Source: an uncultured Pseudomonadota bacterium (GTDB taxonomy: Bacteria; Pseudomonadota; Gammaproteobacteria; Burkholderiales; JALYOK01). From it: a stretch of DNA of 64,000 bases. Where the stretch lies: NCBI GenBank assembly GCA_963714525.1, contig CAVQPB010000004.1, positions 39,722 through 103,721 on the forward strand, written 5' to 3'. The position numbers and the translations under genes were made by a program. Under the pieces are notes generated by a model that saw only the letters and a program-made list of their open reading frames with translations, was not told where the DNA came from and searched no databases. Numbering within the stretch: position 1 is the stretch's first letter; the number at the start of each line of letters is the position of its first letter. This document shows positions 1-10,746 of this stretch, in pieces.

Positions 1-1115
1 TCGAAGCGCATGCTTGGGTTGCCACAGCCTTGTGTGAGTCCGGAAAGGCTAAGGCCGCACTAGCATCCTTGGTGGTAGCCAGAGAATTAGTTCGCGGTGT
101 TGAAGCACCCAAGATCGAGTTTCATCATCTGCTCATCGAAGCCAATGCCTATTTGCAATTGGGTAAACTAACGCCAGCTCACGATGCGTTAAGCCAGGGG
201 CTTGCTCTTGCCCGTGCGCATGGCTATACAAACGGATTTCAACTCACTCCTCACATCTTGGCGCGGCTTTGCGCCGAGGCCTTGCAGCACGATATTGAAC
301 CTCAGTACACCCAGCGCATCATTCAGGTTCGTGGCTTACTGCCACCATCGGGCAACTCCTGCGAAGAATGGCCGTGGCATGTTCGCATACGCGTGCTTGG
401 ACAGTTCGCGATCGAGGTGGGAGGTAGCCAGCCAGCATTCAACCATAAGACACAAAAGAAACCGTTGGAATTGCTCAAGGCACTTATAGCCAAAGGCTCG
501 TTCGGTGCGAGTCAAAGCGTTCTCGTCCAAGAACTTTGGCAGGATTCCGACGGCGACGTCGGCGACAGCGCGTTGCGCATGGCGCTACACCGCCTGCGCA
601 AACTATTACGTGACGACGATAGCGTACTGGTTCGAGAAGGCAAGCTGTCGCTGAACGAAAAATTGTGCTGGGTGGACGCTTGGGCATTTGAGAGCTTTTG
701 CGGCACTGTTGAAACCATGAGTGAAACTGAGCAGGCGACGCGGGCCGATCGGCTGCTGGCGCTGTATGCAGGACCGGCTTTTGACAGTGAAGCCACACAA
801 GCGTGGATGCTACCGGCGCGCGAACGCTGGCGCAGCAAATTCCTACGCAGCGTGACTCTGATCGGTGCGGCGAACGAAAAACGCAACGCTTGGTCGCGAT
901 CGATCGAAGTCTATCAGCGCGGCCTCGAAGTGGATCCGCTGAGCGAGGATTTGTACTATCAATTGATGTCCTGTTATCTCAAGCAGGGCAAGACCACCGA
1001 GGCTTACAATGCTTATCGCCGCTGCCGGGACACGCTTTCAGTGGTGCTTGGGATGCATCTATCTCCTCGAACGGAAGCGCTGCGACAGCGTGTCGCCGAT
1101 CTTGGCGCATCATAA
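1..1115 (+). CDS. SARP/BTAD-domain transcriptional activator (5'-truncated by the window edge)
   Basis: Frame is open back to the window start. C-terminal half has a winged-helix region (WPWHVRIRVLGQF, LRMALHRLRKLL) and a BTAD/TPR region (VDAWAFE, GLEVDPLSEDLY, AYRRCRDTL). Confidence 0.8.
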   Translation, partial: EAHAWVATALCESGKAKAALASLVVARELVRGVEAPKIEFHHLLIEANAYLQLGKLTPAHDALSQGLALARAHGYTNGFQLTPHILARLCAEALQHDIEPQYTQRIIQVRGLLPPSGNSCEEWPWHVRIRVLGQFAIEVGGSQPAFNHKTQKKPLELLKALIAKGSFGASQSVLVQELWQDSDGDVGDSALRMALHRLRKLLRDDDSVLVREGKLSLNEKLCWVDAWAFESFCGTVETMSETEQATRADRLLALYAGPAFDSEATQAWMLPARERWRSKFLRSVTLIGAANEKRNAWSRSIEVYQRGLEVDPLSEDLYYQLMSCYLKQGKTTEAYNAYRRCRDTLSVVLGMHLSPRTEALRQRVADLGAS

Positions 1116-1127
1116 TAGGGAGAAAGC

Positions 1128-2090
1128 ATGCGAGAACGATTCAGGATAAAAAGACGAGGGTTTTACATCAGCATGCCGGGGCTCGTTACCGGCGGCTTTC
1201 TGGACCAGCTTGCCAGCGCAGGCCAACAACTTCCCGAGCGACCGTACGATCTCCCCACCAAAACCGTGCAGGCCAACGGAAGCGAATTTCACTATTTTGA
1301 ATTTGGCGAGGGCGAACCGGTAGTCTTTGTGCACGGCTCGATCGGCGACTATCGAACTTGGGGCTACCAGTTCGAACCGTTCTCCGCGAATTATCGCGTA
1401 ATTTCTTATAGCCGGCGCTACCACTACCCCAACGTTTGGGCGGGGGACGGTTCCGACTACACCACGGGTTTGCACGCAAACGACTTAGCGGCGTTCATTC
1501 GCACCTTGGAGTGCGGTCCAGCTCATATTGTGGGACAGTCATCCGGGGCGTCTATCGCCGCCCTTTGTGCGAGCAAGTATCCTGAGGTTGCGCGAACCCT
1601 GGTTGTCGACGAGCCTGATTTCTTTCCGTGGCTGCCGGAGTTAGAGGGGGGCAGGGCCGCGCTGGACGACTATGTTAAGAGCGTCGATGCGCCAGCCTCG
1701 CGGGCCTTTGCGGCCGGCGATGCCGAACAAGCAATTCAGCTCTTTGTTGACGGCATTCTCGGTGCTGGAACCTATCAGCGACTAACGCCGGAGATGCGTA
1801 TCGTCATGCTGGACAATGTGCCGGAGCTCAAAGCAGAGATCAAATGTGCTGATATCTATTACTCCCCGTTTACGTTCGACGATGCGCGCAACATTCGTGC
1901 GCCGACGCTGCTGTTTGAGGGCAGCGATTGTCTGCCTGTGTTTCGCATTTGTGGTGAGAAGTTCGCTGACTGCGTGCCGAACATAACCCGTGCTACAGCT
2001 CAGGGTTCGCCGCACGCCGCGCATTTCGTCACCCCCGACCAGTTCAACGAGATGGTGCTGAAATTTCTTGACCACAACACAAAGCGGTGA
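1128..2090 (+). CDS. Alpha/beta fold hydrolase
   Basis: VVFVHGS, nucleophile elbow GQSSG, C-terminal His region (SPHAAH). GGAG RBS upstream. Confidence 0.85.
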   Translation: MRERFRIKRRGFYISMPGLVTGGFLDQLASAGQQLPERPYDLPTKTVQANGSEFHYFEFGEGEPVVFVHGSIGDYRTWGYQFEPFSANYRVISYSRRYHYPNVWAGDGSDYTTGLHANDLAAFIRTLECGPAHIVGQSSGASIAALCASKYPEVARTLVVDEPDFFPWLPELEGGRAALDDYVKSVDAPASRAFAAGDAEQAIQLFVDGILGAGTYQRLTPEMRIVMLDNVPELKAEIKCADIYYSPFTFDDARNIRAPTLLFEGSDCLPVFRICGEKFADCVPNITRATAQGSPHAAHFVTPDQFNEMVLKFLDHNTKR

Positions 2091-2094
2091 CGGC

Positions 2095-3288
2095 ATGCAA
2101 AAGCTCTTCCTTATTATAGTTCTGGCGATACTTGGGCAAAACGCAATGGCCCAAAAACGCTACGATCCCGGCGCGAGCGACACGGAAATCAAGATCGGCA
2201 ATACCGCGCCCTACAGCGGTCCGGCTTCGGCCTATGGGACGATCGCCCGCGCGCAGGCCGCCTATTTCGCCAAGATCAATGCCGAGGGCGGTATTCATGG
2301 TCGTAAGATTAAATTCATCAGTCTCGACGACGCCTACAACCCAGCGAAAACCGTTGAGCACGTTCGCCGTTTAGTGGAGCATGAGCGCGTACTGCTGATC
2401 TTCAATCCGATCGGAACGCCGACAAATTCGGCGATTCAGCCGTATCTCAACCAACAAAAAGTTCCGCAGCTTTTTGTTGGAGCCGGAGACGCCAGGTTTG
2501 GAGATTGGAAGCGCTATCCGTGGACCATGGGTTTTCAACAGACCCACTACACCGAAGGCAAGCTTTACGCCAGCTACATCGTGCAGCACTACCCACTGGC
2601 GAAAATCGGTGTCTTGTATCTCAATGACGACTTCGGAAAAGAAATAATCAAGGGCCTGCGCGACGGTTTGGGCGGCCGGGCTAAAGATATGCTCGTCAGT
2701 ACGCAAAGCTATGATTTGCAGGATCCGACCGTGGACTCACAGATCATTTCGCTGCGCGGCGCAGGCGCCAATACGTTCGTGAATTTCGCGTTTCCCAAAG
2801 GCGCCGCACAAGCGATCCGTAAAGCCTACGATATCGGTTGGCGGCCGCGGCAATTTCTCAGCTACGTATCGACCTCCGTCACTGAGGTGATGTTGCCCGC
2901 CGGAGCGGGGAAATCGATCGGGATTATTGCCATCGACAATCAAAAAGACCCGACCGATGAACAATGGACGAATGACCACTCGCTCAAGCATTGGCGGGAG
3001 TGGATGCAAAGCTACTACCCAGGCGGAAACCTTGAGGATAGCTCGAACGTGTATGGCTACACGCTGGCGCAATTGCTAGTGCATGTGTTGAAACAATGCG
3101 GTGATAACCTGACGCGAGAAAACGTGATGCGCCAAGCCGTCAATCTTAAAGATTTACAACTCCCCATGCTGCTGCCCGGCATCCGAATCAACACCGGGCC
3201 GACGGACTATTATCCGATCGAGCAGGTTCGGCTGCTCAAGTTCAACGGTAATCGCTGGGAAATGTTCGGCGACGTTGTTTCGCCATAG
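2095..3288 (+). CDS. Branched-chain amino acid-type ABC substrate-binding protein
   Basis: Signal peptide MQKLFLIIVLAILGQNAMA, then YDPGASDTEIKIGNTAPYSGPASAYG, INAEGGIHGRKI, DDAYNP. Confidence 0.85.
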   Translation: MQKLFLIIVLAILGQNAMAQKRYDPGASDTEIKIGNTAPYSGPASAYGTIARAQAAYFAKINAEGGIHGRKIKFISLDDAYNPAKTVEHVRRLVEHERVLLIFNPIGTPTNSAIQPYLNQQKVPQLFVGAGDARFGDWKRYPWTMGFQQTHYTEGKLYASYIVQHYPLAKIGVLYLNDDFGKEIIKGLRDGLGGRAKDMLVSTQSYDLQDPTVDSQIISLRGAGANTFVNFAFPKGAAQAIRKAYDIGWRPRQFLSYVSTSVTEVMLPAGAGKSIGIIAIDNQKDPTDEQWTNDHSLKHWREWMQSYYPGGNLEDSSNVYGYTLAQLLVHVLKQCGDNLTRENVMRQAVNLKDLQLPMLLPGIRINTGPTDYYPIEQVRLLKFNGNRWEMFGDVVSP

Positions 3289-3385
3289 ATTCTGATACAA
3301 GTGTGTAGGTGAATGCTTTCGGGGGTTCCCAAGGGCCGATTCCAGTCGGTATGCGGACACTGAAAATACGCTATTTAGGTCGTAT

Positions 3386-4950
3386 CTAAGTTAGGGGTTT
3401 GCCCGTCAGGGAGATGGCGGTGCTTGCGCGATTGTGCAAACACTCCCGCAACGCTGTCTTTAGCACTTTCCCATAATTGTTCTTGGGTAGATCGTCAACG
3501 AAAACATAACGGCGTGGCCGCTTGAAGCGGGCGATATGCTGTAAGCAAATATTGTCGAGTTCTTGGGTGGTGATGCTCGCGCCTGGCGCGGGAACGATGA
3601 ACGCGACCACTTCCTCGCCCCATTCCTTGTGTGGGAATCCGATCACACTGGCTTGCGCGACTTTGTTGTTCAGTAGTAAAACATCTTCGATTTCGCGCGG
3701 ATAAACATTCGCGCCACCGGAGATGATCATGTCTTTCGAGCGATCTTTGATCGTCAGAAATCGACGCGAGTCTATGGCCCCGATATCACCGGTGTGCAGC
3801 CAACCGCCGCGCAAAGTAGCGGCGTTTGCTGCTTCATTTTCCCAGTAGCCGCGCATGACGCAGTCGCTTCGTGTGATGATTTCACCGACTATACCAACAG
3901 CTAAGTCGTTATCGTTGGCGTCGACGATGCGAACCTCCACGCCGGTGCGAGCGCAACCTGCAGACGCAAGCTTCGCCCTATCGTGCGTGTGAAGCGCGAG
4001 ACTTCATGATCGCGCTTGGAAAGTCCGGTGATGGTCATGGGCGCTTCGCCTTGACCGTAAATTTGGTAGAGTTTCGTTCCGAATACTTGCAACGATTTTT
4101 CTAAGTCGGTGAGATACATCGGCGCGCCGCCATACATAATACATTTGAGGTTAGCGACCCGGGCATGGGTGGCCGAGCCATCGTTCAACATGCGCACCAG
4201 CATGGTCGGCGCGGCGAAAAACGAGACGCGGTCGTAACGCTCGATCGATTCGAACATCTCGCCGGCTGAAAAGCTTCCTGAAAGGGGAATGACATTGTTG
4301 GAACCGCGCGCCAAATGCGGCAAAGCGTAAAGGCCCGAACCATGGGATAAGGGCGCGGCGTGAATAATCGTATCGCGCTCGTCGAGTGCGTCGATATCGG
4401 CGTAGTAAGCAAGACACATGAACAGCAAATTGCGCAGCGTAATGGTTGCGCCTTTTGGCCGGCCTGTGGTCCCGCTGGTATAGAACAACCAACCCGGGCT
4501 ATCGGGATGGTTATCCGTCGGCATTGAGGGCGATGCGGTGCCCATGCGCGCAACGGTCTCCGGTGTGATCTCGATGAGAACGGGTAGGGCACTCGTTCCT
4601 AATTCTTCGGCAATTCCCGCATAAAGCGCGGGCGATGCGAAGCAGGCTGACGCACCGGAATTTTCTAAGATATAGGCGAATTCTTTTCCATGTAGCTTGG
4701 CATTCATCGGGACCGGGCAAAGCCCGGCGTGCCAACAGGCATAAAGTAGCTGGAGAAAGTACGGGCTATTTTCGCTCGCAAGCGCGACGCGTGCGCCGGG
4801 TTGCATACCGGGCAAGGCGCGCAAGTATGATGCGGTCCGGGTGACTCGATCGCTGAACTCAGCGAAGTTCCAAACCAGGTTGCCGTGCGTCACGGCGGTT
4901 GCGAGCGGTGTGCGTGCCGCCGCGGCGTGAAGTGTATTTGCGAAATTCAT
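3386..4950 (-). CDS. AMP-dependent acyl-CoA synthetase/ligase (one frameshift at about 3975-4010)
   Basis: YTSGTTGRPKG and YGQGE in ORF 3901-4950. GWLHTGD, DRSKDMIISGGANVYPREIE and PKNNYGK in ORF 3386-3940. The two halves join with a 1-nt shift. Confidence 0.8.
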
Positions 4951-5076
4951 AGGGCGTTGCTGATCGGCAAAAGAGGTTCAGAAACTCAACGACTAGCGCG
5001 GTATCATATTACTTCATTCACGTCTTGATGCTTAAGCGCTTAGACGTGAAAATCTCAATTTTCCTCAAGGATCAAT

Positions 5077-5859
5077 ATGCAACTGAAAGATAAAGTCGCG
5101 ATTATCACCGGCGCCGCGAGCGGCATCGGCAAAGAAATCGCATTTGAATACGCGCGGGAAGGGGCAAAAGTTTGCGTCGCCGATTTATCGCTCGAATCCG
5201 CTCAAGCGACCGCGAAAGAGATTCAGCAACAGGGCGGTATTGCCATGGGCGTCGCCATGAACGTGGCAGACGAAGCCCAGGTCGATGCCGGCGTTGCGCA
5301 AGTGGTCGCGCAGTGGGGCAGCGTCGATGTGTTGATCAGCAACGCGGGGATTCAGGTCATCAGCCCGATTGTGGATTTTAAATACGAGGATTGGAAGCGC
5401 GTCACGGCGATCCATGTCGATGGCGCCTTCCTGACCACCCGCGCCTGTATGCGCGCCATGATCAAGACGGGAAAGGGTGGGACGATTATCCTGATGGGCT
5501 CGGTTCACTCGCACTTGGCTTCTCCGTTCAAAGCTGCTTATGTCACGGCGAAGCATGGCCTGATGGGACTTGCGAAAGCCATCGCTAAAGAAGGCGCGAA
5601 GGACGGCATTCGTTCCAACGTGATCAGTCCCGGATTCGTGCGCACGCCATTGGTCGAGAAGCAAATTCCCGAGCAGGCGAAAACCTTCGGTATCAGCGAA
5701 GAAGATGTGGTGAAAAAAGTGTTCTTGAAAGATACCGTCGATGGGGAATTCACGACGACTCAAGACATCGCTAGGACCGCCGTATTTCTTGCGGCGTTTC
5801 CGACTAACGCGCTAACGGGACAGTCGATTACCGTCAGCCACGGTTGGCATATGCAATAG
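5077..5859 (+). CDS. bdhA: 3-hydroxybutyrate dehydrogenase (SDR)
   Basis: TGAASGIG, NAGIQ, GSVHS, YVTAKHG, PGFVRTPLVEKQIP, SHGWHMQ match the BDH subfamily. Confidence 0.8.
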   Translation: MQLKDKVAIITGAASGIGKEIAFEYAREGAKVCVADLSLESAQATAKEIQQQGGIAMGVAMNVADEAQVDAGVAQVVAQWGSVDVLISNAGIQVISPIVDFKYEDWKRVTAIHVDGAFLTTRACMRAMIKTGKGGTIILMGSVHSHLASPFKAAYVTAKHGLMGLAKAIAKEGAKDGIRSNVISPGFVRTPLVEKQIPEQAKTFGISEEDVVKKVFLKDTVDGEFTTTQDIARTAVFLAAFPTNALTGQSITVSHGWHMQ

Positions 5860-5945
5860 TGACATCGCCACGAGGCGCATGGATATTGCCTCGCAAGGTA
5901 CCCTGTCTTGTGAGGCAATATCCACGCGCTTCTCAGCGCATCGTG

Positions 5946-7463
5946 TTAAAGTTTTTTCCAATCCTTAGCTTGTTCGAACGCATACGCGGCACGGTAGATC
6001 GTCGCTTCGTCGAAATGTTTGCCGATCAGCATCAACCCCACCGGCAAACCTTTGCTCATGCCGCATGGAATCGACATAGCGGGATGGCCGGTCGCATCGA
6101 ACGGCGCCGTGTTCGGTATCATTTCGAATGCGCGCGCGACGATCTCTTCGATGGCGGCGCCGGGTTTCGGTATGGGCGTGGCCTTCATCGGTAGCGTCGG
6201 CATCAGTAATAGATCGTATTTTCCCAGCGCCGTGTCGTAAGCGGCGCGCAATTTGCGCGACAGGTTTTGCGCTTTGCCGTAAAAGTGGCCACGATAGTGT
6301 TGGATGAAATATTCGCCGAGAATCATGGTTAGTTTGAGCGTGTGCGACAACTCATCGGCGCGCTCTTTCCAGCGGGCGTGATGATCGATCATGCTGGTGG
6401 CATACATGCCGCGCCAGTTGAAGCCGTGGCCGTTGTCTTTCATCATCTGCTGCGTGCCGCCCTCGGCGGCGATGGGCAGCCAGATCGCGAGGCCCATGGC
6501 ATGCATCGGGATCGACACTTCCTCGACTTTGGCGCCGAGCTTCGTCAACAGTTGCGAGCCGGCGCGCACTTTCTCATCGACATCTTTTTCTGAACTGGCG
6601 AGGCCGAATCCTTCTTTGACCACGCCTATCTTCAGGCCCTTTACGCCGTCCAACATTTTCTTGGAATACTCAATCGACTTGGCATTGGCGTATTGGCGCG
6701 GATCCAGACCGTCGGGCCCGGCGAGCACTTCGAGCGCCAACGCATTGTCGGTCACATTGGCGGTCATCGGGCCGGTGTGATCGATGGTGAGTTCGATCGG
6801 CATCACGCCGGTGTAAGGCACCAGACCGTGGGTTCCTTTCATGCCGTATATACCGCAATAGGAAGCAGGAATGCGGATCGAGCCGCCCTGATCGCCACCG
6901 ATGGCGATATCCACTTCGCCCGCTGCAACTAACGCGCCGCTACCGGACGACGAACCGCCGGCGGAGTAACCCATCTTATGGGGATTGTGCACCGGACCCG
7001 TCGCGCTGGTGTGAGAGCCGCCGGAAAAGCAAAAATATTCGCACACGGATTTACCGAGGATAGTCGCGCCCGCGTCGAGTAAGCGCGTTACCACGGTGGC
7101 GTCGATATCGGGGACGTAACCTTCAAACGTCGATGCCCCATTCATCATCGGCACACCGGCGACGCAGACGTTATCTTTGATCGCCACGGTCTTGCCCGCG
7201 AGCTTGCCCTTCGCCGCGCCTTTAATAGTCGATTTGTAGTACCACGCGGCGTATTTGTTCTCGTCGCCCTCGGGCCGGTAGCCGGGCGTGCGCGGATATT
7301 TGACCTGCGGTAAATAATCGGCAGCCGCATCGACCACGTCATAGGCATCGAAGTTGCCTTGCAACAAAGTGTTGTAGGTTTTGAGTTCCTCCGGCGATAG
7401 ATCGATGCCTAAACTTTGCGCGACGTCGTCGAGTTGCGTCAGGGTAGGGCGCTTTACAGCCAT
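5946..7463 (-). CDS. Amidase (amidase-signature family, NHase-associated)
   Basis: VAIKDN (catalytic Lys), GGSSSGS, GDQGGSIRIP. Last gene of the NHase operon. Confidence 0.92.
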   Translation of the reverse strand: MAVKRPTLTQLDDVAQSLGIDLSPEELKTYNTLLQGNFDAYDVVDAAADYLPQVKYPRTPGYRPEGDENKYAAWYYKSTIKGAAKGKLAGKTVAIKDNVCVAGVPMMNGASTFEGYVPDIDATVVTRLLDAGATILGKSVCEYFCFSGGSHTSATGPVHNPHKMGYSAGGSSSGSGALVAAGEVDIAIGGDQGGSIRIPASYCGIYGMKGTHGLVPYTGVMPIELTIDHTGPMTANVTDNALALEVLAGPDGLDPRQYANAKSIEYSKKMLDGVKGLKIGVVKEGFGLASSEKDVDEKVRAGSQLLTKLGAKVEEVSIPMHAMGLAIWLPIAAEGGTQQMMKDNGHGFNWRGMYATSMIDHHARWKERADELSHTLKLTMILGEYFIQHYRGHFYGKAQNLSRKLRAAYDTALGKYDLLLMPTLPMKATPIPKPGAAIEEIVARAFEMIPNTAPFDATGHPAMSIPCGMSKGLPVGLMLIGKHFDEATIYRAAYAFEQAKDWKKL

Positions 7464-7518
7464 GAAATATTTCTCCTTGTTAGTTCGAGATAACTTGGTG
7501 GCGAGTCAACACGACTGC

Positions 7519-7860
7519 TTACCGCAGTTGATGGGCGGAGCCTGCGATAGACATGGAAAATTTTCTTGCAGCGAGTTGATCGGGGGACGTGACACCCTTC
7601 GCGACCATGATGTTTTCAGCCGCGGCCAGCCACTGCTGATAGTAAGTTTTTGGCGCGCCGCCAATGGCCTCGACGGCGGTGGCGGCGGCAACTTCCTTGG
7701 AAAAACACTCGACCCATTCGCCCCAGGTAAAGTGCCCTGCATTAGCCAACTGCACGATGATGGCAAATGCGCGCGCTTCCCACGGCTCGTTAAACTTGAC
7801 TTCGTCGTCGGCCGCGAGCGGCAGCGATTTGCAGAGCAGCGGCGATTCGGTCGACGCCAT
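7519..7860 (-). CDS. Nitrile hydratase accessory protein (P14K/NhlE-like)
   Basis: FNEPWEARAFA, FTWGEW, YYQQWLAAAE. Directly downstream of the NHase beta genes. Confidence 0.85.
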   Translation of the reverse strand: MASTESPLLCKSLPLAADDEVKFNEPWEARAFAIIVQLANAGHFTWGEWVECFSKEVAAATAVEAIGGAPKTYYQQWLAAAENIMVAKGVTSPDQLAARKFSMSIAGSAHQLR

Positions 7861-7865
7861 TTTTC

Positions 7866-8216
7866 TTACTTCGCGGCGTCCATATAGTCGTCGAACACAT
7901 CGACACGCAAGGTATCGCGTTCCGATGCGTGCGGGCCCCACACTTCCCGCGCGGTAAAGCGCACACTGTAACAATGCTGCGGTTTTTCAGGTAAACCGTG
8001 GGCGTGGGTGTCGGGAAATGCGAACACGCCGTAGTCGGTTTCAATCGTGCCATGTTTGTCGCGCAAATAACCAGGCAACCGAATATGCGTGGTTGGATTG
8101 AGATTGCGAACGCGAATGCGATCGCCGACTTTAAACAGCGGTGCGACCTTGGCGTCGACGCGCGCGGACGCTCCCTGGGCGAGCAAGCCCGGCACAATTT
8201 CTGGCGTAAGTAACAT
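7866..8216 (-). CDS. nthB: Nitrile hydratase beta subunit, C-terminal SH3-like half (separate gene)
   Basis: FKVGDRIRV, HIRLPGYLR, FPDTHAHG, YSVRFTAREVWG. Own ATG preceded by AAGGGGG. Confidence 0.85.
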   Translation of the reverse strand: MLLTPEIVPGLLAQGASARVDAKVAPLFKVGDRIRVRNLNPTTHIRLPGYLRDKHGTIETDYGVFAFPDTHAHGLPEKPQHCYSVRFTAREVWGPHASERDTLRVDVFDDYMDAAK

Positions 8217-8217
8217 G

Positions 8218-8529
8218 TTAGTTTCCCCCTTTTGCCAGTTGCGCCATACGTACGTCCAGTTCTGCCTGCGTGACGATGCCGCGCTTCGCTAGTACGGTTT
8301 CAAACGCCGTAAGCCAATGTTCGTAGTACGACGACTCAAGATAATGGGCCGGCGGCATTTGCTCGATGGCGTGACGAAATTCATCGACGGTATAGCCGGC
8401 AAAAACAAAGGTCGAAGCGAACAACCCAAACGCGCGGCCTTCCCATTTTTCGTGAAACACCGGTTCGTTCTTTTCCGGATTAATTGGGCCCAGACCGTGC
8501 CTTCCACCCAGATCGTGCATTCCGTTCAT
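8218..8529 (-). CDS. nthB: Nitrile hydratase beta subunit, N-terminal helical half (separate gene)
   Basis: MNGMHDLGG, PVFHEKWE, DEFRHAIE, YYEHWL. GAGGAG RBS upstream. Confidence 0.88.
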   Translation of the reverse strand: MNGMHDLGGRHGLGPINPEKNEPVFHEKWEGRAFGLFASTFVFAGYTVDEFRHAIEQMPPAHYLESSYYEHWLTAFETVLAKRGIVTQAELDVRMAQLAKGGN

Positions 8530-8548
8530 ATTGAGCTCCTCGTCGAGA

Positions 8549-9148
8549 TTAGGGGGATTTGGCTTTGGTGACGCCGATCATAGAATCGCGCGTGACCAAA
8601 TCGGCCAGCTGTACCTCCGACATTTTTTCCGTGCCGGGCGGACGCTCCGGCAAAACCAAATAGCGCAATTCTGCCGTGCTGTCCCAAGTACACACTTCAA
8701 CGTTGTCGGGAATTTCCGTGCCGAATTCTTTCAACACCCCGCGCGGATCGGCGACGATGCGCGCGCGATAGGGCGCGGCTTTGTACCAGACCGGCGGCAA
8801 GCCCAACGTCGGCCACGGATAGCACGAGCATAGCGTGCAGACCAACACGTTATGAACCGAAGGTGTGTTCTCGACGACGACCATGTCTTCGCCTTGCAGG
8901 CCGGAGTAACCGAGTTCTTTGATCGCCGCGGTGGCGTCAGTCAACAAACGTTTCTTGTATTCCGGATCGACCCAAGCTTTAGCGACGACTTTCGCGCCGT
9001 TGCGCGGCCCTATCTTGTTTTCGTAAGTGTCGACCAAGGCGTCGAGCGCCTTCGGATCGATCAGCCCTTTTTCAGCGAGTATGGATTCCAGTGCCTTAAC
9101 CCTCAGCGCGGGATCCGACTCTCTTTTATCCGAGTGCGATGATGCCAT
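8549..9148 (-). CDS. nthA: Cobalt-type nitrile hydratase alpha subunit
   Basis: [10 protein letters not shown] Co-type metal-binding motif, [26 protein letters not shown] before MASSHS. Confidence 0.96.
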   Translation of the reverse strand: MASSHSDKRESDPALRVKALESILAEKGLIDPKALDALVDTYENKIGPRNGAKVVAKAWVDPEYKKRLLTDATAAIKELGYSGLQGEDMVVVENTPSVHNVLVCTLCSCYPWPTLGLPPVWYKAAPYRARIVADPRGVLKEFGTEIPDNVEVCTWDSTAELRYLVLPERPPGTEKMSEVQLADLVTRDSMIGVTKAKSP

Positions 9149-9440
9149 GACTGTTCCTTTCTTATTGAGCGCAGGCAATTCTTGCCGTGAGAAAGTGATA
9201 AACGCCGACCGCGAAGCTATATTTCGCGCGGTGCGCCACCTTTTAATATCGTACTGCAAATTCTTCTACTTGAAAACTGTTTAGTGCGGCGAGCTTTCCT
9301 AAGCTGATTGATGTCGATCACCGCAAGGTATAGGCTTCAAACAAATTGAACCGGCGCGCGAAACATATGTCTCAAAAATTTAACGCCGTAAGACTAGAAT
9401 TTTGTCATGGCTGAGGAGTTGTGTTGAGTGAGGGTTCGCG

Positions 9441-10418
9441 ATGTCAAATGAAAACGGTCCAACCGACGCATTGTTACGGTTATTTCTGGAAATGGCCAAA
9501 GACGAGAGCCTAACCAAAACCGCCGAACGCCTGAATGTTTCACAACCCTCTCTAAGCCAGCACCTGCATCAACTCGAGGACGCGCTCAGCCAACGCCTAA
9601 TGGAGCGGCACGGCCGTGGATTGCGCCTGACGGAAGCCGGCAAGGAACTCGAACACCGGCTGCACGGCGTGTATCACCACATCGACATCTCCATCGCCCG
9701 GTTTCGTGGCACCGTGGGCCAGACTTCGGGAACCATTGGCATCGCCGGCGTACATAATTTGAATGTTTATTTTTTACCACCGGTAGCGCGCGGGTTTTCG
9801 GTCGAATACCCAGACGTTAACCTGCGCATCCTGGGACGAACTTCTGCCGATTCAGCTAAAGCCGTGTCGGAGGGCCATGCGGATATCGGCTTGGTCTACG
9901 GTACGAATATTTCCGATGACCGGCTGGCCATGCTGCACTTGTTTAACGAGAACATGGTTGTAGCCGCCCCGGCCGGCCACCCGATCACTGAGCGTATCCG
10001 TTCCGACGGCGCCTTACCCAAGCACACACCGGTTCTCGCCCTGCCGCGGGGTTGCGCGATTAGAAGCATGGTCGATCACGCATTTCCACCGGGACATCTG
10101 GTGATCAAGGCCGAGGTCGAGGCCCTGGATGCGATGCTGTGCCTCGCCGGAAGCGGCATGGGCGTGTGTATTTTGCCGTCCCATCTTCCCATGCGGTTCT
10201 TCGAATTCTATGGGCTCGAACGTATTGTTTTGCAGCGGCCCAAGATGATGCGGGAAGCATCGCTAATTTTCCGCAAGGATGTCGAGCAACCGCCCATTAT
10301 TCAGGCACTTGTGAGGCGGATTCGCGCGGCCGCACGGCCTTTGGAATCGCGAAAAGATGCGGAAGCGATTGCGCTGGTTGCGGGCGATCAGACGCAAACA
10401 GAAATCGTCGCAGGTTAA
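9441..10418 (+). CDS. LysR-family transcriptional regulator, divergent from the NHase operon
   Basis: HTH SLTKTAERLNVSQPSLSQHLHQLE, RLTEAG, C-terminal substrate-binding domain. Confidence 0.9.
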   Translation: MSNENGPTDALLRLFLEMAKDESLTKTAERLNVSQPSLSQHLHQLEDALSQRLMERHGRGLRLTEAGKELEHRLHGVYHHIDISIARFRGTVGQTSGTIGIAGVHNLNVYFLPPVARGFSVEYPDVNLRILGRTSADSAKAVSEGHADIGLVYGTNISDDRLAMLHLFNENMVVAAPAGHPITERIRSDGALPKHTPVLALPRGCAIRSMVDHAFPPGHLVIKAEVEALDAMLCLAGSGMGVCILPSHLPMRFFEFYGLERIVLQRPKMMREASLIFRKDVEQPPIIQALVRRIRAAARPLESRKDAEAIALVAGDQTQTEIVAG

Positions 10419-10746
10419 TGCATCTATTTGCTTTCGTTATATCTGCTATTCATTTTCGCCACTGTTTGGGCATCGCACTTTGATTTAATCTTTGTCTATC
10501 TCGGAGGGGAATCATGCGCCCAGTCAATGCTGACGCCAACGCATGATGGTCATTCTCTTTTGCTGATTTTGCATAACTAGGCAAATCAGTCCACGCGATG
10601 AGCTGCGTGGCATGGCAACAATGATGTTGCATCCCAGGTTATCTGACCTAAAAACATGACTTTGTAAGCTGGAATGTACGTGGGTTAGGGCGTACGAAGT
10701 CATCGGATGTTCAGCAACAATTTGAAGCCTAGAGGATGCCCTTTTA

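Noticed and set aside
7866-9148. Thiocyanate hydrolase call based on the three-subunit layout
   Set aside because: The subunits read like ordinary proteobacterial Co-NHase and sit with a P14K-like gene and an amidase. Only a tree could exclude SCNase formally.
10608-10631. Sigma54 promoter (TGGCA...TTGC)
   Set aside because: The GG-to-GC spacing is not the required 10 nt.
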